From: Entomortierella parvispora E1425
Taxonomy: Eukaryota; Fungi; Mortierellomycota
Direction of reading: 5' to 3'
DNA: 64,000 nucleotides
NCBI GenBank assembly: GCA_020891255.1
Contig: BQFW01000006.1
Location: 1,054,001 to 1,118,000 of the forward strand
Shown: one piece after another, positions 38,320-48,043 of the stretch
Numbering within the stretch: position 1 is the stretch's first letter
How the letters are laid out: every line of letters begins with the position of its first letter
Made by a program: the position numbers and the translations under genes
The notes under the pieces: generated by a model
The model's input: only the letters and a program-made list of their open reading frames with translations
What the model was told of the DNA's origin: nothing
The model's database searches: none

Positions 38320-39507
38320 ATGATGCTCGGTCAACAACCTCAGGGCCCTTCCCTCGCCATCACTGCTCACAACGCCAGCGATTTGCAGAACGTTGAGGTA
38401 AAAGAACGCGAAGTTTTATCATGACGCGTATTGTGCCCTCCGCCTCCTCACCACAGCCACCATCCACTCGTACTGTGCCTTTCAGCTTTCTGATGTTTCT
38501 CCTTCTCTCCCTCCTGCCTAATATAATTGTAATGACAATCGCAGACCTTTGGCAAGCAAGATCCCTACTTCCAGTTCTCCCTCGACATTACCAACCCCAA
38601 ATCCTTCCAAAAGTCCTTTGTGCACAAGGATGCAGGCAAGAACCCTGTCTGGAACCAGTCCTTCAACATCCCCCTGAACCGTGAGCCCGAGTTGTTCGTC
38701 GAGATTATGGATGAGGAGATGACCGCAGATGCTGTCATTGGCTTTGCCGCCATTCCTTTGACCCAGGTGTATAATGCCCCCGGTGCTACACTCTACGGCA
38801 ACTTTGATCTCTACACCACGGCGCTGAAGCAGGTCGGAACAGTCACTTTGACCCTGACTGCCCACAACCTTCCAGGCACCGCCCCAGGCTATGGTGCACC
38901 AAGCTCCTCGCCCATTCGAGGAGAATCACGCATCAACGAGATCCATCAGAAGCGTATCAAGTCCCTTAAATCCAAGGAGGTCGCTACTGAAGTCGGTGCC
39001 GCCGCCTTGGGAGGTCTCTTTGCCGTTGGTGCCGGTCTTTTGGCCAACAAACTTGTTCAGGACGGACACAAGAAAGAGCAGGCCCGCAAGGAGCAAGAGG
39101 CCGAGGCCCAGGCGGAGCGTGAACGTTTGGAATCTGAGAAGAAGGCCCTGGAGGAACAACGCTCGACTTATGAGAGAACCCACTCTGAGGAGGAAGCCAA
39201 GCTCGCGCGCGAACAGGAGGCACTCCGGGTCCAACAAAAGTTCAACTCGTCCTCAGAGGACCAAGCCAGGATCGCGCGTGAGCAAGAGGCACTCCGAATC
39301 CAACAAAAGTTCAACTCCTCATCCCGAGAGGAGCACCACGAACATCACCACCACAGCAAACACCACAGCAGTTGGAACGCCACCGGAACATACTCGGTCG
39401 GTGAGAAGGTTACTTATCAGGGCCGCGAATTCATTTGCCTCCAGGGCCATACTTCCAACCCCACCTGGGAGCCTACCCAGGCCCACTCTCTGTGGCGCGC
39501 CGAGTAA
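38320..39507 (+). CDS. C2-domain protein B with coiled coil and C-terminal CBM5/12 (ChtBD3-type) chitin-binding module (346 aa; exons 38320-38397, 38545-39507)
   Basis: C2 motifs parallel to paralog A. The C-terminus WNATGTYSVGEKVTYQGREFICLQGHTSNPTWEPTQAHSLW matches the CBM5/12 pattern W...Y..GD.VTY.G..Y.C.Q.HTS...W.P....LW. Confidence 0.88.
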
Positions 39508-40121
39508 TTGATCTCCTTCATATTCATGGGATCCAGATGCTTACACACACACAAAAAAACTTGTAAATACAACGTTGTCGCAATTTCCTCCAACAATCCA
39601 GATGCAAAGCCTCACACAAACATAAGTCCCTTTGAATAAATATGAAAGATCAACCAATATGAAAGAAGTACCTTTTGCTGTCCCTTCCGAAGAAAACGCG
39701 TACACACTGTAGGTTTAGCGCACAGCACACCGAGGCAAGATTGAGGCGTACATACAATGTCTGTAACGAGATCAAGTTGGCAGAAACGATCGGGATTGCG
39801 ATCGTGACCCAGATCTACAGAGAAAGAGCGAGAATGAGAGACGGGTTTTGGCGCCGGGCTGGTTTTTTTTTCTTCACAAAGAGCAAAATGTCCAACTCAC
39901 CTTTTGGTGCAACCATCAATGTTCCACAGGGACCTTTGTGTCAAGGTACAGGTACGATGCGCAAGCGGGCTGAGAGAGCATGACCAGAAGAACCAATTGC
40001 GCCTTCTTTTTTATTTTTGCCCTCTTTGTCAACTTCTTTCCTTTCTTCACCCCATCCTATCTCTCGCTCTCTCCTCTCTGCCCCTCCTCCCCTCCTCCCC
40101 TCTTCTTCTTTTTCTGACTCC

Positions 40122-40944
40122 ATGACCTCACATTCTTCGCGTCTACCCGTTCTCGTTGTTGGTGGAGGTCTCGGGGGCCTTACCATGGCCATCCTCCTTG
40201 AACGCGCAGGACTAAACTACCTTGTTTTCGAAAAGAGCTCGGAGGTTCATGCTCTGGGAAGTGCCACCAATCTAGGTCCCAACATTCAACCGCTCTTTGA
40301 GCAGTTGGGACTCTTTGAAAAACTGGTGGCCATCTCAAAGCCCTCGAGCAAGGTCGACATCTTCAACGAGCGAATGGAGCAGATTGGCGCCATCAACTAC
40401 AACGAATATCTCTCAAAGTACGGCATTTGACTAGTAACAACATGCAAAAGCTAACACCACTTCATCTTTTTAAACTGACCTGATTCTACCTTTCAGATGT
40501 GGGTACGAATCGCGTACGATGTCGAGACCCGACCTCCATCGGCTATTACTAGACCAAGTACCGGACAGCAAGACACTTTTCGGGAAGAAAATCCTTCGGA
40601 TTGAACAGGATCCAGAAAAGGTGACGGTTTACTGCGGCGACGGCTCAGTTTATCATGGGAGCTTGTTGATAGGATCGGATGGCGCGTACAGCAAGGTGCG
40701 CAGAAGTCTATATGAACAGATGGAGGCCCAAGGAATAAAGGTCCCAAAGACGGACACCCAAAATTTAACGGCCTGGCACAGGAGTATCTTGGGCATCACT
40801 GATCCTCTGGATCCAGAACGTTACCCTGTAGTCAAAGAGCCAGCTACAAGATATATCTCCGTGATCGGGGATAATAAGCCTAACACGGTACGTCGCCTTT
40901 GCAGCTATTTTCAACAAAGATGATCTGGCAAATGTCAAATTAAT

Positions 40945-40976
<32 letters not shown>

Positions 40977-41825
40977 GAAAAAAAAGTGGCGTTGCTGGAC
41001 CATACCTGGCAATCGGATCTGTTGGAGAATGGACCATCATATCGCGTCCTCTTCCGTCGCAGCTTCTTTTTCATCAGCGCCAACATCCATGAATGATCCG
41101 AATAGCAGGGCCGAATGGGGCACAGAGGAATCTATCAACTCTATTCCCGAGACATGGAGGTCATTTCCAATGCCAATTGGTGGTACCATGGGAGATTTAG
41201 TAGACATGACTCCACCCAAGGTCATTTCGAGAGTTGTGCTAGAGGAGAAGCTATATAAGACGTGGTTTCATGGACGAGTAGTCCTCATGGGTGACGCTTG
41301 TCACAAGATGCTGCCCAACTCAGGGCGTGGTGCAGTCAACGCAATAACTGATGCAATCGTGTTAGCGAACGCTTTGCACGATTGTCAGATAACCCATGAT
41401 CAAAGCCTAGGGAATCTCAAAGCGGCGTTTAAACGGTACTACAAAGAGCGGTATCCTCAAGCAGTTGCAGAGCTTGAAAGAAGCAAACGTATGGCCCGCG
41501 TCGTAGCTGGGCAGGTAAGAGAGCACCTACTACGTAGCCATGTTACTAAGCATACTAAGCAGAGAGCGGCGATCTTGACAACGGTCCTACTTTTCTAACA
41601 AAACAAAACTAAAAACAAAAAAAAAAAAAATAGACCAAATTCGACATCATGGTGCGCAAAGTCTTTTTTGCTCTCCTTCCAAAGTCATTCAAAGACAATA
41701 GCTACTCTGCCATGCTCCGGTATCGACCACAGGTGAAATATCTCCCTCGTATTCAAGACCGTGGCCAACATTTACCTTTGTCTCCACAGTCCTCTAGCTC
41801 AAATTACTTTTGCTGGAGACCTTAG
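40122..41825 (+). CDS. FAD-dependent monooxygenase, group A / salicylate-hydroxylase-like (468 aa; exons 40122-40417, 40497-40887, 40987-41514, 41634-41825)
   Basis: VLVVGGGLGGL (GxGxxG), LLIGSDGAYSKVR (DG motif) and RVVLMGDACHKMLPNSGRGA (GD motif). Confidence 0.92.
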
Positions 41826-42426
41826 AGCACAAGACTGGAACGCGCCTATCACCAAATGCACCGTGCATCAAATTCTGAATAAAATTATTGTTACTATCGC
41901 AGCCATCCGGAAGAACAGGACATAGGGTCAAGTCTCTGCAGTATTCCCGAATACTCGTTTGACCTCTTCTTGCTCTCTTGCCCATTTTTTTCTGTCATTT
42001 TTACAATTCTTTCCACCGATCAGATTTTTTCCAGGATGAACATGCAACAGCCCAAGGTTCTCATATAATCTACAGTTTACTTGGCAACTAAGCTTCATAA
42101 TATATTGTATCCACACCTATTCCTCCTTCCTCCTCCCCCCCTGCCTGCCTCTCTCTCTACCCGCATAAACTTTAAAATTCAACGATAAGTATTGAAGCAT
42201 TTTCAAATTGGACTTTCCATGTTTTCGTCCACTATCTTCCTATCATTACCAACTGTAGACTATATTCCATGATGTTCTCTGCTCCGTCTTATTTTTTTCT
42301 TCGTTTTGGCCATTTTTTTGACCTTTTTCACCGGGAAAATCAATTGCTCTAACCCTTAATCAAGGTTGGCTCACGAGTTATAGTAATATAAGCCACTGAG
42401 AAAATTTTCTTTCAACAGCAGAAAAT

Positions 42427-42499
42427 GGGGATCTAGCTCAAATGGTAGAGCGCTCGCTTAGCATGCGAGAGGCACTGGGATCGATGCCCAGGTTCTCCA
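42427..42499 (+). tRNA. tRNA-Ala(AGC): tRNA-Ala, anticodon AGC (IGC), intronless
   Basis: 73-nt cloverleaf: D stem GCTC/GAGC, anticodon stem CTCGC/GCGAG with loop TTAGCAT, T stem CTGGG/CCCAG, G3:U70 alanine determinant, discriminator A73 and a downstream TTTT Pol III terminator. Confidence 0.95.
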
Positions 42500-43309
42500 A
42501 CTCATTTCTTTTGCTGCTGTTGTACCTTCTTTTTTTTTGGCTTCGCGCATGGTGAACCGTGAATATCGCGCGCGTGTGCAAAAACGATGTAAAACGTAGG
42601 ACAAAGAAAGAAGAGAATCACTGCCGAGCACCCAGACAGGCACCTTACCCTTGCAGAGAACAATTTCCAATAATTGTGCCGGGGCACATAAAAAAAAGGT
42701 TGATCAGGTGTGTGTAACAAAGCTCTTCTTTTTTATCAACAGGACAGACAGGGAACGAAAAAAAAGAGTACCTTTGAATAAGACTGGCGACAAGCCCCAT
42801 GTATAAAGAGTTTGAACATATGTTTGGTGTCAGAAAGCGAACTGAGGCACTGTTCCGCGCGCCTTTTCCCTGAGGAGAGTCGGGCACAGGGTATGAAGAG
42901 AGGAGAATTGTTACGACTCCCCCCCTCCCTTTGCTTGCCAGGAGACGAGGAGGGATGTATGCACACTGGGAAGAAGAATGAACAGGCAAGTGTTCGGCAG
43001 TACTCTTATCAAGCAAGCCAACGGAGGATCAAACCGTATGGTTTCTGGCTGCTCAATTAGGAAGAGTGCGGGGAGGAGGCCGAGAGAGCAGACGACAACC
43101 CCACGATCAGTAGAGTTTGGTCGGTCATGCGTCGGGATTGACGAGTCGGAGGAAAGATAGCAAATGCAAAATGTTGCAGAGAAAGGAGGTGGAGTAACAG
43201 ATCAATTGAACCAGCATTGAAAGAGAGTGCTAGTCTGAACCACTCAGGCGCGCGCTCTGTTGTGCGGGATCGACCACAGACAGGGGACAGATGCGGTGCA
43301 TGCTCGGCA

Positions 43310-43348
43310 AGAGAGAGAGAGAGAGAGAGTGTGTGTGTGTGTGTGTGT
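43310..43348. repeat. Compound (GA)n(GT)n microsatellite upstream of the GS-like gene
   Basis: Direct reading. Confidence 0.9.
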
Positions 43349-43669
43349 TTGCAGTCATCGACACTAATGTATATCATAGACGTTTTGTTTCTGTGCTCAC
43401 TTCGCGCGCGTGTGTGTCTGTGTCTGCCTCATGTGTTTCCATTCATTCTCTGTGTTTCTTCCAAGACTCAAGGCTGTGATGGAGTGTTGATACGCTTTGT
43501 CCGTTTGTTTGTTCGTCGGTCATCACTCGCCGATAAAAAGGGATTCGTTGTTCTTTGTCCCTCTCTCTTTCTTTTTTTTCTGTTTTCCATTGCCTTATTC
43601 CCCCATCCCCTTATCCCTTGATCATCCACCACTGCCTTTCTCACCAACAAGCCATAATCATATTTCATC

Positions 43670-45646
43670 ATGTTGCAAGCACCTTCAGCCCTAAAGAGCA
43701 GGATCGAGGAGCTCAAGGAGGAATTGAAGGATGATCATCGCGTCAAGGTTGCAGGCGTGGATCTGGACGGCATTTTGAGAGGCAAGGTCATGGCAAAGTC
43801 AAAGTTCCTGTCCATCCTCGAGTCTGGCTTTGGATTTTGTTCCGTCATCTTTGGCTGGGACATGCACGACAAGACGTATCCTACCGAGCTCAGTGTCTCC
43901 AACGCCGCCAACGGTATGTCTGTGCCCTCTGGGTATCGCAGTTGATTACTGCATTTTTTAGGGAGATCAGCATCACTAACATACCTCTTTCTTTTTTACT
44001 GTGTGCTCCCTTAGGTTATAGAGACATCATTGCGATCCCTGACCTTTCGACCTTCAGACGTATTCCGTGGGAAGGAAACATCCCATTTTTCCTTCTGTCC
44101 TTTTTCGAGCCCGCGACACGCGAACCCCTGGCGGTCTGCCCTCGCGGAGTCCTAAAGAAGGTCACAGATGAGCTGGCCTCTCTCGGATGGGAGGCTATGT
44201 GCGGAGCCGAGTTTGAGTTCTTCAACTTCAAAGGTAACGGCGACATTCGATGATCTTTTGTCTTATCTGTGGGTCTGTGGGAAAAAGAAGAGCGGGGAGG
44301 GAGACATGTGTTGCATGAACGAGGGCTCTTGGATTATGGAGAACAGAAAACTAACTGAACCTGATTACCACTCTTTCAAAATGAATCTGGGTCATACAGA
44401 ATCCCCTGACTCCTTGGCAGCCAAGGGACATACTAATCCCGAGGCATTGACTCCAGGCATGTTTGGATACTCGCTTCTTCGACCCACACTGAACAAAGAG
44501 TACTTTTATGATGTCTTTGATGAGTGCAAGGCGTTCGGAGTCAATATCGAGAGTTTCCACACAGAGACAGGTAAGAACAGTAGGATCGATCGAGAGTGTA
44601 GGGAGCTGGCCCATGACATGACCATGATTGCATGGAAACTTTCGTACTACTGAGGAAGTGGGGAAGGAGCAGGGGGTTATCATCAGACCCGAACAAACAT
44701 ACGCCCACAACAAACAGAAAACCTTACTGACACTCACTTTTATTGCTCAATGGATACCTGAATTCTTCTCTTTTACGCTAACCCAGGCCCGGGCGTATTT
44801 GAAGCTGCGCTGGCGTACGACAATGCAACCAACATGGCCGACATGGCCAACCTCTTCAAGCTCTCGGTCAAACAGCTGGGTATGAAGCAAGGGATCATGC
44901 CCACATTCATGGCCAAGCCCTATGGGGATCAGCCTGGATGCTCGGGGCACCTGCACTTCTCACTCAGGGACATTGCCACCAAGACCAACCTCTTTGCCTC
45001 CTCCTTGGCCAACAAGGACGATCCACAGCAGTTTGATTCTAATGCAGCAAGGGCTTCGTGGGAGGACTCTACGGACGGCGTTGAGCACATGAGTCAGATC
45101 ATGAAGTGGTTCACTGCTGGATTGTTGACAGGTTTGCCAAGTATCATGGCCATCCTGGCTCCCAACATCAACTCTTACAAGCGTCTTGTTGAAAACTACT
45201 GGGCACCCGTGACCGTCTCCTGGGGAATTGAGAGCCGAGTCTCTGCGATCCGTATTATTGGACCACCTCAATGCGATCCCAAGGGCACACGTCTGGAAAT
45301 GCGTGTCGGTGGTGCGGATATCAACCCTCACCTGGCGATCGCGGCCTGTTTGGCCATGGGTCTCTACGGTATCAAGAACAAATTGTCAATGCCTGTGGGA
45401 CCAACAACGGCCGACGCCGAGGTGGAGCAAAACAACGCAGGCGGCAAGGTCCAAGTCAAGGCCGAGAGGTTGCCAAAGTCACTAAAGGATTCTGCCAACG
45501 CCATGCTTGCCAAGGGTTCGATGGCGCGTGAGGTCTTTGGAGACGACTTTGTGGACCACTACGGTGCCACACGTTTGAACGAGTACAGGATCTGGGAGAC
45601 TGCCGTGACGACCTGGGAGACCCAGCGGTACTTTGAGCTCGTATAA
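43670..45646 (+). CDS. Glutamine synthetase type-I-like / gamma-glutamyl-amine ligase (PuuA/FluG-C-like), 497 aa; exons 43670-43913, 44015-44233, 44400-44570, 44787-45646
   Basis: GVDLDGILRGK, IPDLSTFRRIPWE, GAEFEFF, HTETGPGVFE, TFMAKP...GCSGHLHFSL, NSYKRL..NYWAP and RLEMRVGGADINPHL. Confidence 0.9.
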
Positions 45647-45946
45647 ATTGGTTGAAGAAGAAAAAAAAGTGGGCCCTTTTTGTCAATAAACAATAGGCAC
45701 GGACAGTGTCGCAATGCACATCAAGGGCCTTTGAGTCAGAGTGTGGCTGAAGGGGGAAAAGTCGGATTTTTGGACTTTGGATGCAGGGCTCACAGGAATG
45801 TCGAGCAAGGAGGCTACAACTCCTTTTTTTTGCTTTACTTTTCATTCTTCTTTCATCTCTCATCTCTCCTTCACAACTACCTTATACTCTTGCTGGGACA
45901 AAGCAGCCGAATTTTCTGTTTATATCAACAACTCGCAGGACTCAGG

Positions 45947-48043
45947 ATGGTATCACTTAGCGGCCGACCGCTTACGGGATCCTCGCCGCGTTACCCTGGC
46001 AGTACCGTGAGGGGGATCGGCAGTGCCGGGGGTGCGCTTCGAATGTTGGGTCGCCGACGGATGACCAAGTTTCGGTTCAGGATGATGATGTGTATCTACC
46101 TAGCTCTGGGCTGCATCGTTCCTTATTATGTCATGAAGCACGCTGAACAGGACGAGTTGGTGAAACAACGTCAACAACATGAGCAACACCAGGATGCGAT
46201 GATCTTGCAAGAACAAGAGCGACAGCATCGTCAACAGGAAGAGATACAACTGCAGCGCCTTCATGGATTTTCACCCCCTGCTTCGAGACAATCCGATGGA
46301 AGGCAGACACTTTCCGTCGAGGGTCCTGGTATTGTGAGCGAGGACAACCCAAGAGGCTATAGACGGCGACCGTTCTTTGAAGATTTGGTCGAAGTAGAGA
46401 CACCTGCAACAGATCAGTCCTCTCTAGATGATCAGCAAAAGGATAAAGCCTCTAAGGATTCTTCTTCACTGGAAGGGACTGTGCCTCTACTCAGTGGTTC
46501 AGTTCAGCACAAGCCAGAACCCGCCTTTAGTTACCCCACGGAGGATCATATTCGGTATCAAAAGGAAACACAGACAGAGGTTCTTCGCGAGTTTATCAAC
46601 AACCTGGAACTTTATCAAGCTCAGTTCGAGTTCAAGAAGGTCAAGACTGTCGAAAGCTATAACAAGAAGATGGACCGCGTCGTCTCGTCAACCCAAATGT
46701 GGGTCCAGAACAAGTTGCCAGAGGAGCTTCGTTTTACAGGAGAGCAGGAGATGATCCCAGGCACTCGACTCAATACTCCTCAGAAGGCAAAACGATTTCG
46801 AGCATTGATGGATCAGGCCCTGAACGCCGGTCGATGGGTCTATGAGCCTCAACGGGACTACCCAGACTTTGGAGGCGCCACCGGCTGGAACAAAAAGAAG
46901 CTAAACGAGCGTGATCGTGATGTGGCGATCGATCGACCTCCTTTTCCAGAAGCGGGCAAGTACTACTGGGAACCTCTTCCAGGATCCGACTCTGGTGCTT
47001 CTCTGTCAGGATCAACAGGATCCTCTCCAAAGCAGCAGTATCTCGGAGGGATGCCTTCTGGATCTGTTCTTGCTCGCCATGGCTGGCACGCCAATCGAAT
47101 CTCACCAGAGGACTTTTGTTCGCTCCTTGGACCCCGTCACATCGTCCTTGTTGGAGATCTGATCCATTGGCAGTTGCACGACTCGATCATGTACAACATG
47201 TTTGACACTCCCCAGGCATGCTATGGTGATCTGGCGTGTCATATTGGAGTTGGACATCCGCTTTGTCCTTTACCAGACGATGTGCGCCTGAAGTTTGTCC
47301 GGAATGATCAATTGTCCACAGTCCGACTCCGCAAGAGCAAAGGCAATGAGACAAAGACTCAGGATCCTGTTGAAATGCCTTGGCTCAAGGATGTGAAACT
47401 GAAGGATACCATTATCCTAGGGGCCACCCATCATGCTCCAAAGGATCAGTTGTTCCGGAGGCAACTGGCGGATGCCCTGATCAAGATTCGGATAAAAAGA
47501 CCAGAGGCACTCATCATATACCGCAACAACCCTGTCGGGCATCCGGAATGTCCTTCCAAAGCCAACGGGTTCAATAGCCATAAGGACCAGGAGCGACAGA
47601 GAACGATTGAGAAGCTGAAGCTGAAGCAGAAGTACAAGCAGCAATGGCAACAACGACAGCAACAGCAGCAACAGCAAATTAACAGCACGGCACCGCCATC
47701 GCCGCCGAAAAAAAAATGGACTCGTATCACTCACGACAATTTGACGTTTGCAGCGGCTCCAAAACCTTTTGACCAGGACATCCCTCTGGGAGATATGCTT
47801 GATTACCCATTGAATTGGGCCCATTACGACCGGCAAAATAATATTGCCAAAGTCATCGTCGAGGCTGCGGGAGGGATCTATTGGAACGTGGCTACGATGA
47901 CCAACATGAGGCCGGATGGACATGTTGGTGGGCAAGATTGTTTAGGTTATAAACGACCTGGACCGACAGATGAATGGGCTGTTTCTCTATATAACATGTT
48001 CAAGACAATTGACCAAGTCGAACGAGAGATGTCGACAGCGTAG
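45947..48043 (+). CDS. Type II membrane protein with TBL/PC-esterase (SGNH-like O-acetyltransferase) domain, catalytic residues substituted (698 aa, intronless)
   Basis: N-terminal signal anchor and Q-rich stem, then RHIVLVGDLIHWQ (normally GDS) and MRPDGH..GQDCLGYKRPGPTDEW (normally R.D.H...DC.HWC.PG..D.W). Confidence 0.75.
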   Translation: MVSLSGRPLTGSSPRYPGSTVRGIGSAGGALRMLGRRRMTKFRFRMMMCIYLALGCIVPYYVMKHAEQDELVKQRQQHEQHQDAMILQEQERQHRQQEEIQLQRLHGFSPPASRQSDGRQTLSVEGPGIVSEDNPRGYRRRPFFEDLVEVETPATDQSSLDDQQKDKASKDSSSLEGTVPLLSGSVQHKPEPAFSYPTEDHIRYQKETQTEVLREFINNLELYQAQFEFKKVKTVESYNKKMDRVVSSTQMWVQNKLPEELRFTGEQEMIPGTRLNTPQKAKRFRALMDQALNAGRWVYEPQRDYPDFGGATGWNKKKLNERDRDVAIDRPPFPEAGKYYWEPLPGSDSGASLSGSTGSSPKQQYLGGMPSGSVLARHGWHANRISPEDFCSLLGPRHIVLVGDLIHWQLHDSIMYNMFDTPQACYGDLACHIGVGHPLCPLPDDVRLKFVRNDQLSTVRLRKSKGNETKTQDPVEMPWLKDVKLKDTIILGATHHAPKDQLFRRQLADALIKIRIKRPEALIIYRNNPVGHPECPSKANGFNSHKDQERQRTIEKLKLKQKYKQQWQQRQQQQQQQINSTAPPSPPKKKWTRITHDNLTFAAAPKPFDQDIPLGDMLDYPLNWAHYDRQNNIAKVIVEAAGGIYWNVATMTNMRPDGHVGGQDCLGYKRPGPTDEWAVSLYNMFKTIDQVEREMSTA

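Noticed and set aside
40122-48043. FAD monooxygenase + GS-like + acetyltransferase-like genes as a secondary-metabolite cluster
   Set aside because: No backbone enzyme (NRPS, PKS, terpene synthase) or transporter; the acetyltransferase-like protein looks Golgi-type and catalytically dead.
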